Shown one piece after another: positions 34,238-47,511 of a stretch of DNA of 64,000 nt (within the stretch, counting starts at the first letter, position 1; every line of letters starts with the position of its first letter). A program made the position numbers and the translations under genes. Below the pieces are notes generated by a model. It did no database searches, had not been told where the DNA came from, and worked only from the letters and a program-made list of their open reading frames with translations. The DNA comes from Hydrolagus colliei. Taxonomy: Eukaryota. The stretch spans positions 5,518,001 to 5,582,000 of the forward strand of contig CM068758.1 of NCBI GenBank assembly GCA_035084275.1, in the 5' to 3' direction.

Positions 34238-36991
34238 TAATATGTACCATGTTTGGTGTCAATTTCCAATCCAAACAAAACTTTATTGACTAGACAGAAG
34301 AGTACAACTACAGGCTAATCATCTTCGTATCTGAGGTAGGGAAGATAATGAACGATAAAATAACTAAGAATCTTGAGAAGAAGCTTGTTTGTAGCTGCCT
34401 TGAAAGGATGATTTCTCTGTTCGTGAGTACCTTGTAAGAATGGCAGTATTCAAATCACTGATCCAATATTACCACATTTACCTTTTTTTTTAAAAAAAGA
34501 TTAACACAGAAACCTTGACATGTGTATTGTTGTTCACAAGGGAAAGAAAGGTTTGAACAATGAGGTGTTAAATCGACTATTCTACATACTGGAACTAAAA
34601 TGGCTTTCTGTAATATGCCACTGGGGTACAGACAAAGGAACAAAATTCACAAAATGTTCCAGTCTGTCATTGGCTGTCCTCTGGTGGAGCCAAGACAAGC
34701 TAGTTGATTCCATGGTTTTGTTGCTTTATTCCAAGTATAATGCACAGAGCAATTTAGTGCTATTAGGTAAAATACCCTTAACACGTCATTTTATAATGTT
34801 TTTCGCCCCCGTGTTAACAGGGGGCTGCTGATGCTCCATTTAGTTTACATGTTGAACTCATTCTCAAGCACCCCCCTTGGACTACATTGTGATGTAATTG
34901 AGAATTTGCTAAGTTCTGTGCTCAGTGCATGGCAAGGTAGAGAGTTGTTTTTATAATTAATTTTCCCATCTTGGCACTATCTGATAGTGTAGGTTCAAGC
35001 ACTTCATTATTTTATTAACTCTAATTTCAGAATTGACAATGGCAAGAAAATAAGATTTTTTTGGTTGATATTTTCATCTTCTTATTAATAACTGTATTGT
35101 TTGAGGTCATTTAATTAATTTATTCACTTTTGAAATAAATATGTTTGAAACATGGAATGAAATATCAACATTGAATGCTGAAACGTGTCCTTTGTTTGTA
35201 CCCTTCTGTAGTAGTTTGACATAACTCAAATCAAGTACATTACTATCATAATATTTTCTGGGTGAAGGGGTAATTGGGATATAGAATGCCTTTCTGGGAA
35301 TGGTGGTTGAGCCTAATTAATGCTGGTCTTTAAGAGGTAACTAGATATGCATCTTAAAAAGAGATACAGGGAGATAGGGAAAATGGCAGGTCAGTTGGCC
35401 GGAAAGGATTGCTCTTTAGGGAACTGGCATAGACATGATGGGCCAAATGGCCTTTTGAGTCGTACATTTTCATGGTTCTAGCAAGTAACTCTAGTCATAA
35501 ACCATTGAGGGTAAATGCTGGTCGATAGCAATCACTTGCAAGTGTATAAAGCATTAATGTTAAAACAAAATAAATTATACATTGGTAAATAATTTATATT
35601 GTTTTTTTCCAGTTTGTATAAATTTTGAACATTGTCCAGGCATAGAGTAGACAGCATTGGTTAAGATAGATTAATGTTAATTAACGGCACTATACACACG
35701 CACAAACAGTAAAAGGAACACTGCACACAAGAGATAAATTCCATTTACAGAAAGCAAGTGGCTCTTTCATGTGTTTTATGAGATACTGAGTCTAACATAG
35801 ATACATAAAAAAATCCTAAAGATTTAATTAGGGAGTGGGACTCTTAAATACCAGTTCCTCTAGAACCATTCGGCGAGGGATGGGAAATCAACCTGGGCTA
35901 CTGATCTCCAAACTGACACTCAGCTGAATGGCAGGTGAGGATAGATTGACTTAACTTTTATTTTGCATATCTGTCCCATCCTATGTGGTGGCCAAGGTAG
36001 CCTGCCAACAATCATTGAAGAATGGCTGCTTGATTAAGGTGTTGGAAGAAAGTTTGTGTGTGGAGACTCATTATCCCATTGTGAATTACAAGAGAAATCC
36101 ACCGAAAATCAGCATTTGATCTCAAGCTCATGTATTTATGTCAAATGTATTGGTAAAACAATGTCAATCTCCAAACAATATAATTCTATAATTTTCAGTT
36201 TGCATTTTCTTTGGCGGATGTACTTGGGGGAGGGGATAAGCAAGATGTTTTAGGAAGAGGCTTATTATCAAGCAAGGAATCTCGTCCAGTGGAAGAAACC
36301 TTCAGGGAATTTAGTTTAGCCGGTTTGTAAACTGTAATGAAATGTAAGCCTTCAACAACAGAGGTTGAAACGGAGCCATGTTTGACAGTTTTAGAAAAAC
36401 AAGTTGATGATGTGTGGTTTTCTCTGACTGTTTATAGTCCCTGTAAGTGCAGTATTGATGAATTACTCTTTTAGTATCGCACAAAGTCCAAAGTTTTATT
36501 CCTACTGACCAAATTTAGCTGTACATCTTAAGAGAACACATTTTTGCTGTGAAGTCTACTTACATGAAAAGGTTTTCGCTTTTAGTTGATTATGCTAGTT
36601 TACTCTTCACTATCAATCTGCTACTGTCCACTGCCCAGCATTATTACTGGGTATGAATATCGTTTAATACCGAGTTCAGTGAATACCCGTTGATTATTTA
36701 AAAGTTGTTATCTTATGAAAATACTTACCTGGTGAACTCCATTGTTAAACTAATGCCATGAAGGAGTATTGTCCTCATTCGATAATCCTTTACACAGTTT
36801 ATTAACAAGATTTATTAATAAAGTTGTGTGATAGTTTCTAATTAAGAAATGTAGATAGAGATCCAGGACTCACAGACTAGGGCAGGGTTGAAAAACTGTG
36901 GAATGAGATTACCGGTAATCAGATTTTGGTTAGATGATGTCAAGTATCAATGCACTTGGTATCTTTCCTGGAAAGGATCTGAATGAAGTAC

Positions 36992-37037
36992 CAAATGGGA
37001 AATTTGCAAATGGGAAATTTGCAAATGGGAAATTTGC
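36992..37037. repeat. 15-bp tandem repeat x3 (CAAATGGGAAATTTG)
   Basis: Three perfect copies visible directly. Confidence 0.95.
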
Positions 37038-39170
37038 CTTTTGGAAGCTACTGAGGTAGGTTCTGGTACAGTTGGTGTGGTGGTGGCCATCTTCAGATCC
37101 GTAAGATAAAGGGAGGAATATGCAGCTGGTGTCTTATGCACATGTGTGTGCCTACACATGTAGAAATTGTTTACTAGGAAGTGCGTTTGGTATGGGATTA
37201 CCTGTTATATTATACTTGTTGCCTTTTCCACACTGAATACTTTTCTCTCTCTTTCTCTGTCATCACAAAGACACAAATGGGCTCAGGTTTGATGCCCCTA
37301 AAGTCAAATTGCTCAATAACACTTGCTGTCTAGGCTGATGCAAGAAAAATGACTACGTGGGTGAGATATTGGAGGCTTGCCATCGACAATGGAAGCTTGT
37401 GTGAGTCACCACCATTAGGAGAGGATGATCAATGGAAAGAAAATCTGAGGTAAAGTTGGAGGAGAAAAATGCACATTTCAGCATGTCATTGGACATAGGA
37501 TCTGAAGGAATATGAGATTTATGAAGTTGAATTTGACGATTTTATAAAATTTGACGGAGGAGCTTTAACATTTCTGTTTCATCTTTTACATTGGATTATA
37601 ACACAATTCATTGCCTTTGACATGCTCTGGCTCTAATCTACTTTATACCAAAATCATATGCCTTTCACGTTAACTCAAAATATTGCTAGCCTGCAGGGCC
37701 AACAACAACAACAACAAAATTGCACTTAAATAGTGCCTTTCATGCCGGGAGGACGTTCCAAAGCGCTGAGGTGGCCAATGGGTGAATATCATGGCTTTGG
37801 CAGCTTTGAGAAAAGCTATGTGTGACTTTGTCCAAGTCATAATTAGTTCTTCTGCCATAAAGTGTGAATAGCATTGGTAACTGAAGCAATATCAGTTTAT
37901 TTAGATTTGGCAGGAAATGACATTACTGTACATAGTTGGCCTTAAGCAAGTAATGGGTACAGTAATGGGTAGAGAGACAGCTGGAAAATTAGCGACCTTA
38001 AATTGTGAAATACTGAGAAATAAAAGATCTTATAAATTCAATCTTTATAATCTTAACATGATCAAAAAAATCCCAGGGAAATGGACACAAACTCAGAAGA
38101 GGGAAAGAGGGAATGGACATTTCAGATGTAATTACTTTACACGTCGAATGGTGGTGAATGTTTGTGTTACACTAGTCAGGGAGTTGGTGGAAGCAAATTG
38201 TGTCAGTAAATTCAAAATTGAATTGTATAGCTATCTAGCAAATGCATCCATTGAGGGATTGATAGGTGGGGACATTGAAGCCTATTGAGGACTGGGGTGA
38301 TGAGTATGCAGAATTTGTTGCGGGTTTCTCAGGTGTGTTTCCCTAGAGTCCAGTGTAGCCCATAATGAAGTACTAGGTCTGATGTAGAAATATGATAGAA
38401 CCTTTGTTCAATCAGCTTCCATCTAAACAGTCTCAGTGAAGCAACGTAGCCATTCCCCCCGCCCCGATTCTTTTTCAGATTTATGTGAATCCATCTCAAA
38501 TAATTACATTCAGGTCCACGGTGGGGTCATCTTAGTGGAGCAGCACGAGAGCACAGGTCACTTCCTCCTTCATGAAGCTATTAAGAGAAGTAGCAGCTGT
38601 TGATTTGTTTCATTTCTCTAACTTGCTGCCGAACTGCAAATAGTACCTTTTTTCCCTTGCAACCGCCGGGAAACAGTGATTTGGGTCATTTATTCTGTTA
38701 AAGATGTTCTTGTCCAGATTGGTTACCTTTATCAATCATAGGGCATTAACTCTTTAGAACGCATTCCCACAAGAGTAGCAAGGGAGAAGGGGGGAGAGGG
38801 ATAGCTGAAGTGCCAGCTTATTTCCTGTAATACAGTGCTATTTATTTCTGTGTTCAGAAGCTGTATTCTTTGGCTCTCTGAGAGTGTTGTCATAGCTGTG
38901 GTTGGCAATCGAGTATTAAAGCAACTACGCATATTGCAGGAACTATGAGCCAGGTTGTGAAATTGTTTCTAATTTCATCACAATTTTTCCACATCTATCC
39001 GAGCAGTACGGAAAAAGTTCCAATTTCCGCTCCCCCCTCCCCTGGTGGAATTTTCAGCGCTTTGTTTTTACTCTCATCTTGTCCCTTGTACAATTATCGA
39101 AATCAAATGATTGCAGTGACATTTGTGGTTCAAATAAACTTCACCTACATCACAACCGGAAAGACAGTGG

Positions 39171-39585
39171 AACAACAACAACAACAACAAAATTACAGTT
39201 ATAGAGTGCCTTTCATGTCAGGAAGCGATTCCAAGGTGCTGAGCAGTCAGGGAGGTAGGAACCGAGCATTGGGGAGGGGCGGGGTAGGGGGTAGGGGGTA
39301 CGGGAGGCAGAGAGGTGGGAGGGTGGCTGAAGGCACAATTGAAAAGGAGAGCCTCGAGACCGGCCTTGTAGGAGGCAAGGGGGGAAGCGAGGTTCAGAGG
39401 TTGTGGGTTGGAGTTCCAGAGTGTGGGGGCAGAGAGGGCAGGAGATATGGAGCAGACCGGAGCGCGGTGAACGGAGGAGGAGGTCTTGAAAGTGAGGATG
39501 AGGATCTTGAATTTGATCCTCTGTGGGATGGGGAGCCAATAGAACCGGGAGAGGGTAGGAGTGATGGGGTCGCGGAGCCTGGTGT
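39171..39585 (-). mobile_element. L2 LINE 3' end with (GTT)n tail
   Basis: caacaacaacaaaattac tail followed by the purine-rich reverse of L2 ORF2 (aggatcttgaatttgatcctctg). Accounts for the spurious 256-aa ORF. Confidence 0.85.
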
Positions 39586-39858
39586 GGGAGGCTGGTTCCT
39601 GGTTCTGAAATTGCCTTTCACAACCTTGACATCTTGGCCTGCTTCATTGGTGTATCAGAAAGTATTGTTCCTTATTTACTTTATCCAAGTTTACTTTATT
39701 AACACAGGTTCCTGACTTCTGCAATGAGGTTATAGTGGATTAGCAAACATTTGTTTGATCTCTGAAATGGTGTCATAGAATTGGATTACCATGTGGCCCT
39801 TTTATCTCTGGAATAGAGTTACCACAGGGTTAACACTAGAACAAGACAGAGGTTGACA

Positions 39859-39914
39859 CTGCCTTAAGTAGTTGTTCTCCAATTCTCTGCCTTAAGTAGT
39901 TGTTCTCCAACTCT
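39859..39914. repeat. 28-bp tandem duplication
   Basis: ctgccttaagtagttgttctccaa(t/c)tct occurs twice. Confidence 0.9.
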
Positions 39915-40987
39915 CTTCACATGGTTTAGAGTGGTTCTATTTAAAGATATCAAATGCACAGAATGTCCAATTTTTTAGTGCATTGCAATTAAAAACAACA
40001 GTACATAATATTTCAGGTGTAAACTCTGTTTATATTTGGGATGAGGAATAGATTAATTTTCCACATTTTAATTAGTTGTCAGCCCTCCTCAGCTGGTAGT
40101 AGTTTTACTTCTGAGGAAGAAGGTTGTGTGTTCAAGCACTGGACAAAAGGACATAGCAAGGAAATAGGTCAAACTAGTCTTTGTTGGGTAGGAGGTTGAG
40201 GATAGGCAGTAGGAAAGAATTGATGAGAATAAACTAGAAAAAATAGCATGCATTGATATAGCTCATCTGGGAAATGGTGCATTTCTTTTAAATCCAATAA
40301 TTGCTCTTGTACTGCACAATAGGAGTCAATGCTGGTGCTGATTATTGTTTAAACATTTAGCTGAAGATATGTGGCAGGTTTATGATTAATTAATGGGCAG
40401 CTTGGGAAGCATTAAAATACTACTGTAAATGAGAACTGTAGCGGCAATAGTATGACTGGCAGTGATATAGGTTATTTTAGTTAAATATGATGTCTAATTG
40501 TCTTAATTAGTATTTAACCCTACTGTTCAAATACAACATGGCTGGGTTTATTTCAATGGGGAAATGCGACCTGGCTGTAATTATGGTAAGACTATCTGAC
40601 TAATGAATTGTATTACTATCAGCAGGAAGCTAGGGGATTGCGCCTGCAGACTGTGCAATTTAGTTTTCATTCCATTTACCCGTGAAAGTTTGAGAGAAAT
40701 TGAAAACCATTTTTATTGAAGTAAGTTTTACCAGTGCCCATTGAACCCCAGGTGCCTCAGTTACTTGAGCAATAGACTTGGCACCACTGCTTTTCAATTG
40801 CTGTGGGTCCACTGATTCCTTTGAGGTCAGTAAAATGTGCATCACATCTGAAGCATATCCTCCTTTGTGGGGCACATTGGAGGTTTACACTGGAAAAAAC
40901 ACAGTAATCTGGACTTTGTTGATGGCTGACCAACCCATCTGCCTATCAGTGAAACTTAGAGGTTGACCTAACCCTAACCCTGCATCC

Positions 40988-41026
<39 letters not shown>

Positions 41027-42369
41027 GTTGCATTTGATATAGTTCTAATGAGTTGGGTGCTTGCTGGAAAAATGCTTTGAAATTCACTAATGCTTTTTAT
41101 GACGAACAATAGCAAATTCACTTTCTCACTTTCTTCAGAAATTAGATAAATAATAAATGTCTTTGATGGATTAAAACACCAACCAACTGCTCGGAAGGAG
41201 CAAGTGCAGTAAGACTGAAGGACGTTTTCCAATTTCATACTTCCAGGAAAAGATTTAAAAATATCATCTCTCACGTTGAAATCTGAGCTAGAGGAATATT
41301 CTGCTGATTGAAATCAATTGCCTCCTGTCGTAAAGTAATAATTTTACTATTAAACCAAAATCCTACCTAGACATCTCAGGATATATCTATGCAACGACAA
41401 CAACAAAATTACATTTGTCAGAAGGACGTCCCAAAGCGACTACCGGTATATATTATGTGGGAAAAAGATATGGTTATATTGTTTTATCCTATGAATTCAG
41501 ATGAGAATATATAGTATTGATTTGCATCAGGGTCTATCTGAATTGTTTTCCTTTTATTTATGTACAATAAAGGGATGGGGATAGTTACAACATTTATGAA
41601 ACGTCCACCGGGTATATTACTCAGAGCACAGTGAAGTATGAATATAATCAATCAGAGTTCAGGGTGGCCACATATAACATTGATTTAACCAATCGGCTTT
41701 AAAACATTTTTTTATTATTCTGATGAGCCCTGGTGCGCAGGAAACCTATAACTTTATAGTTACAGTAACTGCATGCTGTAAGTGCTCTATTTGAAATTAT
41801 CGGTGAAATTGAATTTGGCTCAAAACTGATAATTAGTTAAATTGTTATATGTAACCTTCTGGTTTGATGTTGCATTAAAGCTATGGCAGAATTTGTGCGT
41901 GGATGCAATTAATGTCCAAATAGCCCTAAACCATCTATCTTCGTAAAACTATGTCTGATAAAAGACCACAAGCCACAACATCATCCCTACATTGGAGAGA
42001 GAGAGAAAGAGAGAGGTTAATCAAATTCCTTTTGAATTATGGAAATGCCCACTGCTACAGTTAAAACAAGCTTTATGGCAAAAGAAGGATAACTTTTACG
42101 TACAAGGGAACAAACGTCTATTTGGAGAGGGTGACTGTATTGGTTTTAGACTTGGTCCTAGGAATGTCTGAGCTAAGCAATAATTTGTTCCAATTTGAAA
42201 TCAACTAATTTCGTTCAAATTTATTTGAAAGATACAATAAACAATAATTAGAATATGATAGGACCATTGAGTGGACTACAGAGCAACAGCTTTATGAAGA
42301 TGCAGTGTCAGCTTATTCAATACCATTTTGCACATCAGTAAACTTGCCTTCTTACAATCTGAGTATTTA

Positions 42370-44085
42370 AAAAATATATACTGTATATTTATATATGAAT
42401 ATATTTGTTATAACATAAATCCCAAACGAAATACAAAAACTTATTTTCCTTTTTCCAATACTGTACAAAAATACTATTCCTTTGTTCCCCAGGGATGAAC
42501 CATGAGAGTATCCATTCCATCTTTTTCCAAACCACCTTTTGCAAAACTACACTCCGGGAAGTGGTGGTCCACGGTCTCCCAGCCTTATCAGCTGGCCCAA
42601 GGGCAGCGTGCTAACTGGCCCAGATCTTGCTTTTGCGCCTTGGGACGTCCTCCTGACGTGAAAGGCACTATACAAATGTAATTTTGATGTTGTTGTTGTT
42701 GCATCAACACCCTGAGGAGAAGGGCTCCTTTAATCGCCAGCTAGGCCGTATCCTGATGTGTGTTGGTCCGGGCCAGTGAGAAGGTGTTTTGCCAGAAATA
42801 TCTGGCTGTTGTCACTGGGTACCTCTCAATCTGGTCTGTCCTCTCCATCGGGCCACCAGACACAGGCTCAGGCAGCTACACACAAAGGTGGCCATGAGGA
42901 TCAGGAATATGTTTGGGGACCCCTTTTCCGGGGCTTTGTGCTTCATGTCCCTGCAGACCATAAGTTGGAAGACCTCTGGTGACTGCAGTGGCGATGTTCT
43001 TGGGCAAAGGCCAGACCAGTAACACCAAGAAGGCCTCACACTTTATAACTAGGTTTTTCCCCATGATGGACAGCGAGCGCCAGCGCTACATCGCCAGTTG
43101 TTTCCTTACTATACCTAGACGTTCCTCCCAGCTTTGTTGGCATCGATGTAGTTTGATGTAGTTTGGCTTCACAGCAAATGGTATGTGGCTGCATTCTTTC
43201 CAATTTCCAAAATACATCACCTCACTTTTCTGGCAGTTGACCTTGGCGCCCATGGCTTGCTGAAACCAGTCGCAAATGCCTAGTGGGTTTGAGACTGATT
43301 TTTGGTCTGTACAAAAGCCATCGTCCATATACAGGGAAGTCTTGGCTTGTGAGCTGTGGCTGCCCAGGATGGTGACACCTCTAATGCTCTTGTGCACCTC
43401 TCATGTAAGCGATGTAAACATGTAAGCGATGGTATCTCTGAGCAGCGCTGTCCGCTAGCCTTCAACCCGGAACCGTGCAGGTCTGGTCCGCGTATGTTAC
43501 CCACCTGAGGACACTCTTTATCCACTCGGAGATCACTTTGCCAGGATCTTGCAGTCTACATTCAGCAGTGATACCGGTTGCCAGTTTTTTTTTATCTCTT
43601 CCTTCTCCCCCTTTTGTTTGCTCAGTCGGGAAATGCTTCCTTTACTTACATACTCTGCCATGGTCCCTGCTAGCAGCTGTGGTTAGCCTTCAGCAGCTCT
43701 GGGTGCATCATGTCCCACAGAGCAGAGTAGAGCTCCACCGGGGGCCTTAGTGGTCTGGAGGGCTTTGATGGCCCTGGTCAGTTTGTCTAGGGAGAGAGGA
43801 TTGTCCAGGTGCTTCCGACTCTCTTCATCCAGCACCTCGGTGAGGCCAGACAGGAAATCCCGGTAGGCTGTGCTCTCTGTGGGTTTCTGATAGTACGGGT
43901 CAGCATTAAAAGGATCTGGTGATCCTCTACATATCGGCTTGCTCCATGTGCACCAAGTATGTTTGTCTCTCAGCCCAGTGACATGAGAGTTGGTTCTGTT
44001 GGCTTTCTGAAAGAAGAACTGTAAGCACGTCTTGTCCTGTACTATTGTGCGCACCCTGGATTGGAAAATGACCCTGGAGGCCTGA
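42370..44085 (-). mobile_element. Decayed Tx1-clade (L1 superfamily) non-LTR retrotransposon, ORF2 relic with internal deletions
   Basis: Collinear minus-strand peptides: ASRVIFQSRVRTIVQDKTCLQFFFQK, LDNPLSLDKLTRAIK, NWQPVSLLNVDCKILAK, SLYMDD (RT motif), GAKVNCQKSEVMYFGNW, GKNLVIKCEA and PNIFLILMATFVC. Contains frameshifts and stops. Confidence 0.88.
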
Positions 44086-44964
44086 GGTTTTTTTGGTGAA
44101 AATATATATTTATTTATAAATATTTTCATGTCATGAATCCAAAACCAACAGCTTAGGTAGTAACTGTAATGTTGTTGCAAAACCATAAAGGGGTATGGTT
44201 CACCTAGGGTTAGGCTCAGCCGTGATGCACCTCCATATATCTCAGATGAATCGATATAGAGGTATATAACATTTTAAATGGAATTGAAAAAGTAAACCCA
44301 GAATAGTGCTTTTGGATGTACCAGAACAGACAGTAGAACAAATGGATGTACAACAACAACTTTCATTCAGAGGATTCAATTCAAAATCCTGGTCCTCACC
44401 TTTAATGCCCTCTATGGCCTTGCCCCACCCTACCTTTGTGATCTCCTAACCCCCTACCAACCTGTCCACTCCCTCTGCTTGGTAGGCTCCGGCCTGCTCC
44501 GTGTCCCCCGACCCACCTGCCCTACCATCGGCGGGCGAGGCTTCAGCCACTCTGCCCCCAACCTCCTGGAATTCCATCCTGCAATCCCTCAGCCTTGCCA
44601 ACCTTCCTAGCCTCCTTCAAGTACAATATGGCAATAGCACATAGCCACAAACATCATAGCCACTACTGTCACATTGAAAGACCAACACTTAATCTCTCTC
44701 TCTCTCTCTTCACCTCTCGCGTTCTTTCTCACACACATTCACACACCGCCATACACACACATATACACAGAATAAATTTCACATCCATTTCCCTTTTCTT
44801 ACTTTAAAAAAATATATATTTAATTGTTGGGAAGCTCAATGCTGATAATAATAATAATACTCCTTGCCTTTGATATAGTGATATTATGTCTTCGAGACGT
44901 CTAAAAGCACTTCACAGAATACACTGTAAAGTGAATTGACTATATTTTGAGGATATCAAAAGGA

Positions 44965-45490
44965 TAAACTGTCTGGTAGGAGTTACTGAGCCCGATAGTA
45001 TGGGGGATCTTTTAACAATGGAGTTGGTGGTACAAGTGGAGTTGGTGGAGCCTGGTGGTATAAGGGAGCCAAATTAACAGCAGTATCAATACATAAATAG
45101 CATAGGACATTGGCTGGAAGTAGTTACTGAACAAGACAATATTTAAGTTACTAGGTTAATATTAGTAGAGCTGCACCCTAGGCTGGATGAGTTACTAGGT
45201 TCTGTGAGGGAGCTGAATTGATATGACTAGATATGTCAGTAATTCAGGGTGCAGACTGGAAGGAGTTACTGAGCCCAGAGTATGAATGTGCTGGATTAAT
45301 ATCATTTAATACAGCCAGTAAAAGCATTTGTTAGTTGGGAGGAGTAACAAAGCCTTACAGTGCAAGGGAGCCAGTTTAACAACAGCAGAGATGTTGTCAA
45401 CAACAATATAATGCTCTTCATGTAGGAGCTCAATAATGAGGATGGGAGAAGCAATTTAGTTTTATAGTCTGATGGAGCTAGATTAATACT
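44965..45490 (+). repeat. Degenerate minisatellite with a period of about 70-75 bp
   Basis: Recurrent ggagttactgagccc and agggagc...ttaa motifs; gttact/gtaac anchors at about 44982, 45123, 45192, 45264 and 45343. Confidence 0.6.
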
Positions 45491-47181
45491 AGTGGTGGTA
45501 TGCTATATAACATAAGGGTTATTATTGGGAAAATCTCTTAAATTGCAACGGTTGGCAAATTTACTCATGATCATATGTGACCTCCCAACTCTGCCTGACA
45601 TAGGAACATATTCAATTTCCTGTTGGTAGCATTTGTTGGCTTCACAGACACAAAAATTTAATATGGTGATTGCTTTTGTTGATATCTGGCTCTCTGTAAA
45701 GTGTAGCTGCAGATCACCTAGTCATGGGAATGATTTTGAAGGAGACTACTCTACCATCTGAAGATGAATTGCCAAGATCACTGAAACATACAGAGGTTAA
45801 TGACTGCATATAATATGCATGCCTTTGACTGTGGTTTTACACTATTACATGCCTACATAACAGCATTGTATATTAAATGCAGTAATAGTAGTAATAATCC
45901 CAGCATTTGATATGGCACTTTTCACATCTTTTAGACGTCTCAAGTAAGGGGGAATAAAAAGAGTGCATCTCAGTGGGCTTAATGGTGTGTTTGGACACGT
46001 GTTTGGATAGCTAGTTCAGTTTCCAAACACTTTCCTTGTAATGTAAGAGCAGCCTTAGGGAGACGGCTTTGTGAGCGATTTATTTTTCTGATCCGTGGAA
46101 TTTCCACTGGTATAAACAGGCTTTAGTTTTACTGGGGCAGCTCACTGAATGTTTAGACTATTACCGGCTGAAAGGTTTAAAAGCCAGTGCAGATTGGATA
46201 GTTATGCCAGTTTTAATGTATTTTCAATCTGAATTACTTCAATACATGCACACACACAAAAAAAGTTTTTGTTTTGTTGCATTCTGTGAAAATCTTGGAA
46301 AAGATGTGTTTAGAAAACGGTTTGTCTGGTGCTGACGGGCAGATCTGTCGGTGAGGATTGCTCTATATTAGAGAAAATTACACAGAAACATCAATTAGAA
46401 CGCTCTAGGACTTTGACCAAAGGATAGTATTTTTCTCAAATCTTAATATGTGGCTTTTGAAAAAAAGAATTCTGTGCAGTTATTTAAAGTCAATTTACTA
46501 AATATTAGCTCATCTTCCAGGTTTTTTTTAAATGTTCAATTTTTCAACAAAGAATTGTAATTAATAACATCAGAACTGTGTAATTTGCCATGTGGTTCAA
46601 AGCAACATTTGATATGAAACAGAAAACATCTGTCCCACGACTTTGAGATGAAATGGTTTCAAATCACAGTGTTTCTTAAACATGGGCTGTTATTGTTGAT
46701 TCTGACAAAGATTAGCTTTGACCTTTTTGGTGATTCAAAAGGACTCCTTGTTCAGGAGAAAAGTGACAATAGCTCAGTGACAACAGTGATGCCTCTTCAG
46801 TAGATCTAATTGATTTGGTAACAAAATAAATTACAAATCTGACAAAAAGGAGGGAGTTAGACAAAAAGAGGGGGATGAAAGGCAGAACAAGCTGGAAAGG
46901 AAATTAAAAATTCAGTATTTATCAATTGATATTTGGGGAAAGAATGGGGTGAAGAGGAGGAAGGGTGAGAAATGAGGCTTGAAAAAGTGGGATAGAAATG
47001 ATAAACAACAAAAACAAAATTACATTTATAGAGCACCTTTCACATCAGGGGGATGATACTGAACAAATGCAGAGATAACTAAAAATATACAAGTGATGAA
47101 CGGGTGCAATGTTCACAGACATACTAAAACAGATTGTGTGACAAGGACAAGAGACAAAGTTAAGCAGAAAAAGGGGCAGAG

Positions 47182-47511
47182 ATAATAATAATAATCCTTG
47201 CACTTGATATAGCACATTATCATGTCTTCTAGATGTTTCAAAGCACTTCACGGAATATCCTGTAAAGTAAATTGACTGAATAGTTGTGGGTGTAATGCGA
47301 CAGACAATTCCACACAATACTGTCCCACAAACAGTTGTGGATTGAGTGACCAAATTATCATTTTATTTTCATTTTTTCTTGAGGGGTTATAGTAATAGTA
47401 TAATATAGTAAACTTTGGGCATGTTTTCTTGCTCCACATATATGATACTACTGGAAATCAAACCCAGGTCTCTCGCTTGGAAGGCGAGTGCTCTAACCAC
47501 TGAACTCCACA
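47182..47511 (-). mobile_element. Full-length tRNA-derived SINE (diverged)
   Basis: (TAA)n tail-tccttgcacttgatatagc at the left end; acccaggtctctcgcttggaaggcgagtgctctaaccactga head at the right end. Confidence 0.88.

Noticed and set aside
36401-36430. C/D box snoRNA (TGATGA ... CTGA with short terminal stem)
   Set aside because: The boxes are only about 13 nt apart, far too short for a snoRNA.
38945-39715. Longest ORF in the track (256 aa)
   Set aside because: It is mostly the antisense of an L2 3' end; the poly-Q comes from the (CAA)n tail and the Gly/Arg richness from the purine-rich strand. No protein features.
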